Assembly (NCBI GenBank): GCA_963774265.1
Contig: CAVZDU010000010.1
Span: forward strand, 64,001-128,000
Direction of reading: 5' to 3'
Length of the DNA stretch: 64,000 nt
Source: an uncultured Chloroflexia bacterium
GTDB taxonomy: Bacteria > Chloroflexota > Anaerolineae > CG2-30-64-16
Within the stretch, counting starts at the first letter, position 1, and each line of letters begins with the position of its first letter. Position numbers and translations under genes: made by a program. Positions 10,483-21,229 of the stretch are shown one piece after another. The notes beneath the pieces are model-generated. The model saw nothing but the letters and a program-made list of their open reading frames with translations. It searched no databases and had not been told where the DNA came from.

Positions 10483-12010
10483 ATGAACTCACAAACGACG
10501 CAGGAGAGTGCCGGCGTATCACCAGTTCTCTTCGATCTCAATGTCCCCCTCTATCCTCGCTCTCCGGCCGACGCAGAGGGAGTCACCTTTTTTCTGGCTT
10601 CCACACCTGGGGGTCGACGGTTGGCCCTGCTGGCTGAGGCAGGCGCGCCGGCACTAGAGAGATTCGTTGGCGAGTCGATTGAGCGAACCCGGAAGACCTT
10701 GCTGCTCTGCCCGCTCACCCATGCAAACGCCGTCACCCTGCGTGTCGCGCTCCCCTGGCTCCAACCGCAGCCCCTGGGGCTTGCCACATCGGCCGGATGT
10801 GGTGACCGGCTCGGCCTTGCGACGCCCGGTCATGTGCGTGCCGGCCGCACCGCGGTGGCCCAGGGAACAAGCGGTCGCAACATCAAAATGATCTTCTGCC
10901 AGCAGTCCATCCGAGAGATGACCCGCACCGGCCGCTCCGCCGATGACGTGATGGACGATGCAACATGGGGCATATTCCAGGAGGGCTGGGCTGAAGGGGT
11001 GGGCGCAGATGCCGATCACCTCAAGACCACCGAGGATATCGACCGCTGCGCAGCTGCTGGCTATACGTTCTTCACGATTGACCCCAGCGCGTATGTCGAT
11101 AGCGGCGCCGACATCGCCGGCCCCGAGGTCTTGCGTTCGCGCTACGCAGCGTTGCCCTGGGCGGCTCTCGAAAGGACTCCTGGCGGCCTCCAGCAGGCGT
11201 ATCGGGAGAAGTCGTTCGACCTGGGTGAACGATCCATCTCGCTCCCTGAGGAAACGGTAGTACGCGCGGCGGTCAAGTACGGCGGCGCTGTGGCCCATGT
11301 TGCGGCCATGCATCGTCACTTGTTGGAGACGAAGGGCGCCGACGGTTGGGAGCTGGAGGTCTCGGTTGATGAGACGGACACGCCCACGTCACAGGCCGAG
11401 CACCTGTTCATCGCCAACGAGCTGGGGCGTCTCGGCGTCCGATGGGTCAGCCTGGCCCCGCGGCGACGTAGGCCGGTTCGAGAAGGGGGTGGACTACATA
11501 GGCGATGTGGCAGCTTTCGAGCAGGACTTCAGGGGCCATGCCGTCATTGCTCGGGCCATGGGACCTTACAAGCTCAGCCTGCACACAGGCTCCGATAAGT
11601 TCAGCATCTACGGAATCGCTGCAGGACTCACGGATGGCCTGTTGCACCTGAAGACCGCGGGAACCAGCTATTTGGAGGCATTGCGCGCAACCGCCTCGTT
11701 CGATCCCGACCTGTTTCGGGACATTCTCGCCCTCGCCATCGAACGCTACGAGACGGACAGGGTGAGTTATCATGTTTCTGCGGATCTTGCGAAGGTGCCG
11801 CGCCCCGAGACGCTGTCCGACTCACAACTGGCCGCCTTGCTGGAGCAGTTTGATGCTCGCCAGGTGCTGCATGTGACCTTCGGTTCAGTGCTCAATTCGG
11901 ACCGTGGATACAAGTCCCGCCTGATGGCCGGTTTGGTCGCGCACGAAGAAGCCCATTACCAGGCGTTGGAGCGACACTTCATACGGCACCTGACTCCGAT
12001 GATCCGGTAG
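10483..12010 (+). CDS. uxaE: Tagaturonate/fructuronate epimerase (frameshift near 11462)
   Basis: GDRLGLATPGH, QQSIREMTRTGR, GADADHLK, EVSVDE, HTGSDKF, HLKTAGTSYLEAL, LHVTFGSVL. Confidence 0.9.
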
Positions 12011-12027
12011 GGCTTAAGGAAGCAGCA

Positions 12028-13157
12028 ATGGCAGTCTTCGACTATACTAGCAAAGACGCGCAGGCGATGCCCATCGATCCCATGGCGCCGGCACAATTCG
12101 ACTTCGCGCGTTACGAGGCCCACGCGCAGGCTGCCGAAGCGCGCTGCACGCCGCGTTTGCGGCGCAACCGGAGGGCATTGCCGTCTGGCAGCGGGTGCGC
12201 GTGGCCGATGTATTCCGCGATGGATGTCGGGATATGGGGCAGTCGCTGCGATGGCAGCTCGGCGGACTCCATAGGTCGCTGGACTACCTGACGGACGCCC
12301 CGACCTACCTGGAACCCTGGTATGGCATCGGGGTGACAGCATCCGCTTTCGGCGCAGACTATGACTGGCTGGAGGGCCAGGCTCCGGTCGTGCGCCCCCT
12401 CTGGCGCGATGTCGCCGACATTCCGGACTTCCTGCCCCGGCGCGGCTCGAGCGAATCACCGATCATGCAGCATGTCTTTGCCATGATCCAGTACTTCCTC
12501 GACGAAAGCCGTGGCCGGCTGCCGATGTCCTGGTCGGATCTCCAGAACCCACTCAATGTCGCCACGGAACTGGTCGACACATCTGCCTTCTTCAGCGGCC
12601 TCCTGGACGTGCCAGAGAAGGTGCGCGGCTTGCTCGCCGCCTTGACCGATGAGGTCATCCGCTTCACGCAGGAGCAGAGCCAGCTTATTGGCGACTGCCT
12701 GGTGCGACCCGGTCACGGTTTTGCCAGCACCCGATGTGGATCCGGCCTGGGTCTGAGTTCCGACAACCTGGTCATGATCTCCCCGCGCGGTATCGGCAAT
12801 TCTGCAACGCGAATGATGCGCGGATTGGTGAGGCGTTCGGCGGCGTGGCAATCCATTCTTGCGGCAACTGGGCGCGGTGGATAGACGCCGTGAAGGCAAA
12901 CCCGCACCTCGCGATGGTTGACGCAGCGTTCAGTCCGCAGACCGATCCCGACTATAACGATTGCGTCGCGTTCCGGCAGGCGTTTGCGGGTTCAGGGGTG
13001 ATCGTTCACGCGCGGCATGGTGGGCGAGCCATCGGATGTGCTGGCGCGCGCCAAGCAACTGTGGGCGCCCGGGATGCGGCTGATCGTCACCACCTATGAG
13101 CAGGATCCCTCGAGTCAACACCGTTTGTATCACGATATTCATAGTCTGTGTGACTAG
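12028..13157 (+). CDS. URO-D-like family protein (frameshifts near 12148, 12787 and 13014)
   Basis: YLEPWYGIG, DLQNPLNVA, SSDNLVMISP and IHSCG motifs spread over successive frames. Confidence 0.7.
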
Positions 13158-13159
13158 GT

Positions 13160-14591
13160 ATGGCTGACCGACCGAATATCATCCAAATTATCTGGCACGA
13201 TCTCGGCGATTGGTTGGGATGTTACGGTCGGCCGGATGTCGAGACCCCGGCGCTGGACCAGCTCGCCGCTCAAGGGGCGCTGCTGGAGCAGCATTTTGCC
13301 ACCGCGCCCTCGAGTTCCCCTTCGCGTGCCTCGCTGTTGACCGGCCGCCATCCACAGTTCGACGGCAGCCTCGCATCGACGCAACGCGGCCGGTATGACC
13401 GCGAGGGTGTGCAGGATCTGCCGGAACTACTCCGCCAGGGTGACTACCACACGGCCTTTATCGGATCCCAATACGAGTGTGGAGAACCGGCCTCGTGGGA
13501 CGAGGTTCGCGAGTCCCCGGAGGAATCACACCTGTCTGCCGACGAAGTCGCTTCTTGCGCTGTGGACTGGCTTGTTGGGACAGCCGCGCGCCGCCTCCAG
13601 GCGGGCGAGGTGAGTACATCGGACTACCGCCCCTTTTTCCTGTCAATCGACTTCCTCGATGTGTACAGGCCCCACGGGGCCGATTTCGATCCCGATGTGG
13701 CTGAGAGTCTGGATGTTCCCGGTTTTCTGCCGGATGAATCCATCGTCCGAAATGACATGGCAACCTTTTACGAGCATATTCGTCGCGGAGATGCCGCGGT
13801 CGGCCGGATTCTGACGGCGCTTGATGACACGGGCCTCTCGGAGAATACCTTCGTCTACTTCGCCGCGGATCAGGGTCCTGACCTACCCCGCGCGAAGATG
13901 ACGCTCTATGATTCAGGCATTAAGGTCGTGTTCCTCTGCCGCTGGCCCGGCGTGATCCCTGCAGGCCGGCGCCTGCTCCACCTGACCAGCCACGTCGATG
14001 TTCTGCCGACGTTGTTGGAAGTGTCCGGACTTCCTGTGCCCGCCCGGGTCGAGGGCGGGTCGTTTCTGCGGAGATTGCAGGGTGAGCGGGGCATGACGCG
14101 CTGACGCAATATTCGCGGCGATGACCTGGCAAGATGGCGAGTACGACCCGATGCGTTGTATCCGCACGTGGCAATACAAGTATATTCGCAACTGGCAGCC
14201 GGGTTGGCCCGTGCAGATTGGCGGTGCCATCGCCCAGCGCTACGGCGAGGCGTTCATAGTCGAGCACTTTGCCCAACCTCGGCCCGCAGAAGAGCTATAC
14301 GACCTGCAGGATGACCCGTGGGAGTTGCATAACCTCGCTGGCCTCGAGGCGCACCAAAGTGTCACGCAGGAGTTGGCGGGTCGCCTGGGCGATTGGATGG
14401 CCACGTTGAACGACCCATTGTTGCGCGGTCCAATCGCTTCTCGAGAGGCAGATCGCTTCGGCTCAGGCAGCGTGTGGGTCAAGGCCCCTACGCACGACCC
14501 GGGAAACGAAGAATTTCGTTGGGCGCACCTGATCACACGCGACTTCGGTGAGATCCCCGTCAGCCCATTGGAGGCAGCTTGCAGCAAGTAG
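13160..14591 (+). CDS. Sulfatase, Ser-type (frameshift near 14101)
   Basis: RPNII..HDLG, SSPSRASLLTGR, AKMTLYDSG, SHVDVLPT, EELYDLQDDPWELHNL. Confidence 0.85.
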
Positions 14592-15694
14592 TCGTCCTTG
14601 GCGCCGGCATGGTCGGCGCCGCCATGGCAGCAGACCTTTCGGCGGACTACCAGGTCATTTCGGTGGACCGGGACGAGTCCCGTCTCGCCGCGCTCGCCGC
14701 GACGTTTCCCCTGGCCACGCGGGTCGTGAACTTGGCGGAACCGGATGCCGTCGCCCACTCGTGCCGCGACGCGGACCTGGTTATCGGCGCGGTTCCCGGA
14801 TTCCTTGGCTTCCAGACACTCCGGGCCGTCATTCAGACGGGGAAGCCGGCAGTTGACATCTCGTTTTTTGGTGAAGATCCGTTTGAGCTGGATGATCTGG
14901 CGCGGGGCCGCGGAGTCACTGCGGTGGTCGATTGCGGTGTCGCGCCTGGCTTGAGCAACATGATGTTGGGCTACCATGCCGGCCGGGGAACCGTTATTTC
15001 GTTTCGCTGTCTTGTTGGCGGTCTGCCGGCAAAACGTGTCTTGCCCTGGCAATACAAGGCGCCTTTCTCGCCTGCAGATGTGCTGGAGGAGTATACCCGA
15101 CCGGCGCGCCTGGTCGAGAATGGGCGGATCGTGACGCGGCCTGCACTCTCCGATGCGGAGCTTGTGGATATCGAGCCTATTGGCACGCTGGAGGCGTTCA
15201 ACACAGATGGGCTGCGGTCGTTGCTGGTGACAATGCGCCACATTCCGGACATGGCCGAGAAAACCCTGCGGTATCCTGGTCACATAGGAATCGTGCGAGT
15301 GTTGCGAGATGCCGGATTTCTTTCCGTGGATCCCATTCGCATGGGCAGCGTCGAGGTGCGTCCTATCGATGTCGCCGCTGCCCTGCTGTTTCCTCAATGG
15401 CGGCTCGAACCGGGTGAGCCGGAGTTCACGCTCATGGAAGTGGTCATCCGCTCACCTGGTGACGTGGTGACGTACCGGCTTTATGACACAACAGATGAAG
15501 ACACCGGGTTTTCTTCGATGGCCCGCACGACCGGCTACACAGCAACCGCCGTGGCGAGGTTGATTTTGCGAGGACAATTCACGCGTAAGGGCATCTGTCC
15601 TCCAGAGGTCGTCAGCGCCGTCCCCGGCTGCTTTGACAGCGTGCTTTCCGATCTTGCTGCGCGGGGAGTCCGGGTAGAAAGGGTTCAGGCATGA
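14579..15694 (+). CDS. Saccharopine dehydrogenase / lysine 6-dehydrogenase family oxidoreductase
   Basis: GAGMVG, DCGVAPGLSN, VGGLP, FNTDGLR, KTLRYPGH, MARTTG. Confidence 0.88.
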   Translation: MQQVVVLGAGMVGAAMAADLSADYQVISVDRDESRLAALAATFPLATRVVNLAEPDAVAHSCRDADLVIGAVPGFLGFQTLRAVIQTGKPAVDISFFGEDPFELDDLARGRGVTAVVDCGVAPGLSNMMLGYHAGRGTVISFRCLVGGLPAKRVLPWQYKAPFSPADVLEEYTRPARLVENGRIVTRPALSDAELVDIEPIGTLEAFNTDGLRSLLVTMRHIPDMAEKTLRYPGHIGIVRVLRDAGFLSVDPIRMGSVEVRPIDVAAALLFPQWRLEPGEPEFTLMEVVIRSPGDVVTYRLYDTTDEDTGFSSMARTTGYTATAVARLILRGQFTRKGICPPEVVSAVPGCFDSVLSDLAARGVRVERVQA

Positions 15695-16869
15695 CTCATT
15701 TAGCCATCACCAATGCTCGCATCATCCTCCCCGATCGGGTCGTCACCGGTGACGCCCTGGTCATCGAGGGCAATCGCATCGCGGCCTTTGTCGCTCCGTC
15801 AGATCTAGGCTCCGGCATCGAGACGATCGATGCAGCAGGCGCCTGGCTCACCCCGGGCCTGATTGACATCCACACCCACGGTGCACTGGGCCACACCTTC
15901 AACGAGCCCACGAGCGAGGCATTCGCGGCTATCGCCCAAGAAAATGCGCGACACGGCGTAACCTCGCTTCTCGCCACCATGGCCGCCGCACCAATACCCG
16001 AGCTGACCGCCTGCTTCGATTTCGTCCGTGCATGGCGCGCTTCGGCTCAGCGCAGTGCAGCGGGTGGGGCGCGGGTCCTCGGCATCCACCTCGAAGGCCC
16101 TTACATCAATCCGGCCCAGGCGGGCGCACTTAACCGCGAATATTTGCGCACACCGGATGACGGTTCGGCTGAGGCGCTCCTGCCATACGCCGATGTGCTC
16201 AGGATTCTCGTGCTCGCCCCCGAGTTGCCAGGGAGCATGGAACTCATCACCAAGCTGTCCCAGGCAGGCATCATCGCGGCCGCCGGCCACAGCATGGCTA
16301 AAGACGAGCACATCCTGGCTGCCATGGCGCACGGACTAAAGCACGTTACGCATATCTGGAGCGCCATGTCGACTACGGTGCGGGAGGGCCCCTGGCGCAA
16401 GCCGGGGCTGTTGGAGAGTGCGCTGACCTTAGACGGCCTCACGGTCGAGATGATTGCGGACAACCGTCACCTCCCGCCCACCCTCATGAAGCTCGCCACC
16501 CGGTGCATTGAGCCTGGGCGCCTGTGCGTTATCTCCGACGCCACCAGTGGTGCGGGACTGCCCGAGGGCACAACGTTCCACATGGCGGGCATGGCCTACG
16601 AAGTGCGCGATGGGGTGGGCATGATGTTCGACCGCACCGGCTTTGGCGGCAGTACAACGTTGCTGAACCAGATGATTCCGGTCCTAACCGATGTGGTCGG
16701 CGTTCCGTTGCCGACCGCGGTGCGCATGGCCAGCCTCACACCCGCCGCGGTCATCGGCTGTGCGGATCGCAAGGGCAGCATCGCGCCGGGTAAGGACGCG
16801 GATTTGGTAATCTTTGACGACGGTTTCAGACCGTTAGATGTCATCATAGGGGGTCAGGTCCATGTTTGA
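15691..16869 (+). CDS. nagA: N-acetylglucosamine-6-phosphate deacetylase
   Basis: PGLIDIHTHG, HLEGPY, APE, GHS, THIWSAM, ISDA, GKDAD. Confidence 0.92.
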   Translation: MTHLAITNARIILPDRVVTGDALVIEGNRIAAFVAPSDLGSGIETIDAAGAWLTPGLIDIHTHGALGHTFNEPTSEAFAAIAQENARHGVTSLLATMAAAPIPELTACFDFVRAWRASAQRSAAGGARVLGIHLEGPYINPAQAGALNREYLRTPDDGSAEALLPYADVLRILVLAPELPGSMELITKLSQAGIIAAAGHSMAKDEHILAAMAHGLKHVTHIWSAMSTTVREGPWRKPGLLESALTLDGLTVEMIADNRHLPPTLMKLATRCIEPGRLCVISDATSGAGLPEGTTFHMAGMAYEVRDGVGMMFDRTGFGGSTTLLNQMIPVLTDVVGVPLPTAVRMASLTPAAVIGCADRKGSIAPGKDADLVIFDDGFRPLDVIIGGQVHV

Positions 16870-17645
16870 AGGAATGCTCTATCAGACGAAGTTCGAGCAG
16901 TTGCCGGTGAGTGTCTTCACCACGAATGCTGCCCTGGGAGCAGCTGCCGCTGAAGAAACTTCTAACCTGCTCAAAGCGGCCGTGGCTGAGCGTGGCGAGG
17001 CCAACGTCATCCTGGCGACGGGGAACTCGCAGCTGAGTTTCCTAAACGCCATCAGGGCGATGACGGATGTTCCCTGGCACGCCATCAACGTGTTTCACAT
17101 GGATGAATATGTTAATTTGCCTGCAGGACACAGCGCTAGCTTCCCGCTTTTCTTGCGAAGGCACTTGCTTGATGCTGTGCGACCGAAGGCCTTTTTCCCG
17201 GTGCCCGGCGACGCGGCCGATCTCGAGCCAGCCTGTCGCGCGGTACGAGAAAAGCCTACGCGAACACCCGGCCGACCTTTGCGTCATGGGGATCGGCGAA
17301 AATGGGCATATTGCTTTCAACGATCCGCCCTGGGCTGACTTCAACGACCCGCATTGGGTTAAGGTCGTGGAGCTTGACGCGCGATCTCGGCAGCAGCAGG
17401 TCGGTGAGGGACACTTCGGCAGCTTGGCTGAAGTCCCCACTCACGCCATCACCGTCACAATCCCTGGCCTGCTCGCGGCCAGGCGCTTACTGGTGCTCGT
17501 GCCCGAGGTGCGCAAGGCTGAGGCGGTCGAGAAATCGCTTCTGGGCCCGATCACGCCAGACGTCCCGGCCTCAATCCTACGCCAGACACCGCACGCTCAT
17601 CTGTACCTGGATAGCGACTCCGCGTCTTTGCTTCCACGTTCGTAG
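16862..17645 (+). CDS. nagB: Glucosamine-6-phosphate deaminase (frameshift near 17242)
   Basis: LATGNSQ, FHMDEY, GIGENGHIAFNDP, PASIL. Confidence 0.88.
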
Positions 17646-17654
17646 AGCGCGAAA

Positions 17655-18284
17655 ATGATAGAAGGTCCCGGCTTGCCGCCCGCCTATCGGATCATCACAC
17701 CCAGACTCGTTGTACGCTGCTGGGAACCAGCCGACGCGCCGCTGATGAAGGCGGCGATCGACAGCAGCATCGAGCATCTGCGGCCCTGGATGCCCTGGGC
17801 GAGTCGCGAGCCGGAGGACTTACAGAAGAAGATCGACCTGCTGCGTCACTTTCGCGGTCAATTTGACCTGGGGGTCGATTTCGTCTACGGCATCTTCGAT
17901 CGGGACGAAGCCACAGTGATAGGGGGGACGGGATTGCACACCCGCGTGGGCGAGGGTGCGCGCGAGATCGGTTATTGGATCCGGGTGGATCAAATCAACC
18001 AGGGCTACGCGACGGAGACATCGGCTGCGCTGACGCGGGTGGGTTTCGAGATCGAGAAACTGCGCCGAATCGAAATTCACTGCGACGCCGCCAATATCCG
18101 CAGCGCAGCCGTCCCGCGCAAGCTAGGCTACATCCACGAAGCGACCCTGCGCCGTCGCATCTCCAGCAGTGACGAAGAGCATGATCAAATGGTCTGGACG
18201 ATGCTGGCAGATGAGTACCCTGGCAGTCCAACCTCGCAGGCGCTCGTCGCCGCGTACGATGTCATTGGCCGCAAGATAGAGTAA
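17655..18284 (+). CDS. GNAT acetyltransferase, RimJ/RimL family
   Basis: HLRPWMPW, EIGYW...GYAT, NIRSAAVPRKLGY. Confidence 0.88.
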   Translation: MIEGPGLPPAYRIITPRLVVRCWEPADAPLMKAAIDSSIEHLRPWMPWASREPEDLQKKIDLLRHFRGQFDLGVDFVYGIFDRDEATVIGGTGLHTRVGEGAREIGYWIRVDQINQGYATETSAALTRVGFEIEKLRRIEIHCDAANIRSAAVPRKLGYIHEATLRRRISSSDEEHDQMVWTMLADEYPGSPTSQALVAAYDVIGRKIE

Positions 18285-18348
18285 CGGTGATCCTCTGGGT
18301 CGCCGAATGGAAGTGACGGCTCACCGTGACCGCCCGAGGAGGGGAACC

Positions 18349-19854
18349 TTGATCAGGACCCGTTTTGCGCCCAGCCCGACGGGCTACATGCACGTCGGGA
18401 ATCTGCGCACGGCGTTGTACGCTTATCTCATCGCGCGCCACTACGGCGGAACACTCGTGCTTCGCATCGAAGACACCGACCGGCGTCGCAATGTGGATGA
18501 CGCAGTGCAGGTCATCTATGATAGCCTCAGGCTGGCCGGCCTGGACTACGACGAAGGTCCCGACAAGGGTGGTGACTACGGTCCCTATGTGCAGAGCGAG
18601 CGCAAACCGCTCTACAGGCTATACGCCGAGAAGCTCGTGGAATTGGGTGGCGCCTATCGTTGCTTCTGCGGCAAGCCCGAGCCCGAGCCATCTGTCGAGG
18701 CCCTCGAAGAGAGCGAAGACGAATTCGTGGGGGCGGCGCCCGCATCGTCCGTGGATGGCACGATGCCCTCGGTCGAGCCGACCAAGACTTACGACCCTTG
18801 CCGTTTCCTCTCCGCCCAGGACGCCAATAACCGCGCTGCGGCTGGTGAGCCACACGTCATCCGCCAGCGCATCCCCGAGACCGGCGTGACCTCCTTTGAA
18901 GACCACGTCTACGGCGTGATTACCTGGCGGAATGATCTTCTGGACGATCAGGTGCTCCTGAAGTCTGATGGCTTCCCAACATACAACTTCGCGAATGTGG
19001 TCGACGATCACCTTATGGGCATCACGCACGTTGCGCGAGGGGTCGAGTACCTATCGTCAACACCTAAGTACAACTTGCTTTACCGCAGTTTCGGATGGCC
19101 TATCCCGGAATACGTTCACCTCCCGCACATCGTTAAGGAGGGCGGCAAGAAACTCTCCAAGCGCGCGGGAGATGCCTCGTTCCAGGATCTGGTCGCCCGC
19201 GGCTATCTGCCCCAAGCCATCATCAACTACATCGCCCTGCTCGGCTGGCATCCCGCCGACGACCGCGAGTTTTTCACCCTGGATGGGCTCATTGAAGCTT
19301 TCGACATCGACCGTATCAATAAGTCCAGCGCAGGGTTTGCCATTGCCAAGCTCGACTGGCTGAACAGCGAGCACATTCGCGTTTTGCCCCCGGAGCGCTT
19401 TCACGAGCTAGCGTTACCGCATTATGCTCAGCAGCCCGAAATCGCTCGGCTGGACACGATGATGATCAGCCGCCTGATTCAGTCGCGTGTCGTGCGTCTG
19501 ACAGACATTCCTGAGATGGTTGCCTTCCTGGCTCAGCCGACCAAACACGATAAGACGCTCTACGTCAATGAGAAGTCCAGGTCCACGATCGAGAGCAGTC
19601 GCTACATCCTGGCCCATGTGTCGGAATTGTTTGACGGTGCTGCCGAGTGGACACATGAGGCGCTTGCACCGCGGCTGGTTGAATGGGGCAAACAAAACGG
19701 CTTCAAAACCGGGACGGTCATGTGGCCGGTGCGCATCGCACTCTCGGGTCTGGCATCTACGCCGGGTGGCGCCACCGAGATCGCGCAAATCCTCGGCAAA
19801 GAGGAGTCCCTGCGGCGCATCCAGGCGGCCGTGACCTTGCTGGCCGATAGTTGA
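18349..19854 (+). CDS. gltX: Glutamate--tRNA ligase
   Basis: RTRFAPSPTG, HVGN (HIGH motif), LRIEDTD, KLSKR (KMSKS motif); TTG start after GAGGAGG. Confidence 0.96.
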   Translation: MIRTRFAPSPTGYMHVGNLRTALYAYLIARHYGGTLVLRIEDTDRRRNVDDAVQVIYDSLRLAGLDYDEGPDKGGDYGPYVQSERKPLYRLYAEKLVELGGAYRCFCGKPEPEPSVEALEESEDEFVGAAPASSVDGTMPSVEPTKTYDPCRFLSAQDANNRAAAGEPHVIRQRIPETGVTSFEDHVYGVITWRNDLLDDQVLLKSDGFPTYNFANVVDDHLMGITHVARGVEYLSSTPKYNLLYRSFGWPIPEYVHLPHIVKEGGKKLSKRAGDASFQDLVARGYLPQAIINYIALLGWHPADDREFFTLDGLIEAFDIDRINKSSAGFAIAKLDWLNSEHIRVLPPERFHELALPHYAQQPEIARLDTMMISRLIQSRVVRLTDIPEMVAFLAQPTKHDKTLYVNEKSRSTIESSRYILAHVSELFDGAAEWTHEALAPRLVEWGKQNGFKTGTVMWPVRIALSGLASTPGGATEIAQILGKEESLRRIQAAVTLLADS

Positions 19855-19861
19855 TGGCGCA

Positions 19862-21229
19862 ATGAATAATAGCCGCACACTGTCAGTCCTTCTGACAACC
19901 AGTATCGCTTCGTTTTCGACCGCATTCATGGGGTCTGCACTGAACATTGCCTTGCCGATCATCGGCAAGGAGTTCGGCATGGATGCGGTGGCGCTCGGCT
20001 GGGTGGCGACCGCGTTCACACTCGCAGTCGCCATGTTCCTGGTTCCTTTTGGACGGGCAGCCGACATCCACGGTCGCAAGCGCATATTCACGATGGGGAT
20101 CGCTGCCTTCGCAGTGACATCGCTCCTCTGCGGCTTCGCTACTTCGGGCGGCATGTTGATCGCGTTTCGCGTGCTCCAGGGCCTCGGGTCAGCCATGATG
20201 TTTGCGACAAGCTCGGCCATGTTGAGCTCGGCGTACCCGCCAGCGGAGCGGGGTCGTGTCCTGGGCATCAATGTCGCGTCCGTCTATACCGGCCTCTCCA
20301 TTGGGCCTTTCCTCGGCGGCATCCTCACCCAGAATCTCGGCTGGCGCAGCGTATTTGCTGCCGGCGTGGTGCTTGGGATGATCGCAGCCATCGCCGCGTT
20401 TCGCCTCAAGGCAGAGTGGGCCGAGGCGCGCGGGGAGCGGTTCGACTGGATCGGCTCGATCATCTATGGGTTGTCTATCGCGATCGTGATGGTCGGCCTC
20501 TCACGCCTGCCCGATGCTTCGGGTGGGGTGCTGGTGGCAGCAGGTCTTGCGGGCGTGGTGGGCTTTGTGGCCTGGGAGAACCGCTCGAAAGCGCCGATCC
20601 TCGACCTGAGCCTCTTCAGAGGCAATCGTGCATTTACGCTCTCCAGCGTGGCCGCGCTGATCAACTATCTGGCGACGACGGCGGTCACCTTCTTGTTGAG
20701 CCTGTACCTGCAATACATCAAAGCGCTGACGCCTCAGCAGGCTGGCGTTGTCTTGATCGCACAGCCCATCATGATGGCGCTCTTCTCCCCCATCGCTGGA
20801 CGGCTGTCGGACCGGGTGGAGGCTCGCGTCGTGTCGTCGGCCGGCATGACGCTCACCGCCCTGGGACTGCTGATGCTCGTTTTCCTGGGCCAGGCCACGC
20901 CATTTGCCTATATCGTTGCCGCGCTCCTGTTATTGGGCGTTGGCTTTGGTCTGTTTTCATCTCCCAATATGAACGCGATCATGAGCTCAGCAGACCGGCG
21001 CCTCTACGGCGTCGCGTCGGCCATTGTGGCCACCATGCGCACACTGGGTCAGATGCTCAGTCTCGGCATCACAATGTTGATTTTCTCCGTCGTCATAGGC
21101 CGCGTCCAGATCACCCCGGAGCACTACGGAGCATTTCTTTCCAGCACCCGCATCGCATTCACGATTTTCGCTGCGCTTTGTGTGCTCGGTATCTTTGCTT
21201 CTTTAGCACGCGGCCGTGTCCGCTCGTAA
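19862..21229 (+). CDS. MFS transporter, DHA2/EmrB-like
   Basis: Many TM helices, GRAADIHGRKR motif A, IGPFLGG. Confidence 0.9.
   Translation: MNNSRTLSVLLTTSIASFSTAFMGSALNIALPIIGKEFGMDAVALGWVATAFTLAVAMFLVPFGRAADIHGRKRIFTMGIAAFAVTSLLCGFATSGGMLIAFRVLQGLGSAMMFATSSAMLSSAYPPAERGRVLGINVASVYTGLSIGPFLGGILTQNLGWRSVFAAGVVLGMIAAIAAFRLKAEWAEARGERFDWIGSIIYGLSIAIVMVGLSRLPDASGGVLVAAGLAGVVGFVAWENRSKAPILDLSLFRGNRAFTLSSVAALINYLATTAVTFLLSLYLQYIKALTPQQAGVVLIAQPIMMALFSPIAGRLSDRVEARVVSSAGMTLTALGLLMLVFLGQATPFAYIVAALLLLGVGFGLFSSPNMNAIMSSADRRLYGVASAIVATMRTLGQMLSLGITMLIFSVVIGRVQITPEHYGAFLSSTRIAFTIFAALCVLGIFASLARGRVRS

Noticed and set aside
9395-17645. Pseudogene island or programmed frameshifting
   Set aside because: No slippery heptamers or nonsense decay; the breaks share a GCGC context that points to sequencing error
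20416-21228. N-terminal extensions of ORF-track calls (20416, 5275, 23914, 48625, 49719, 54660, 63885)
   Set aside because: They overlap real neighbouring genes; downstream starts with an RBS or stop/start coupling fit better
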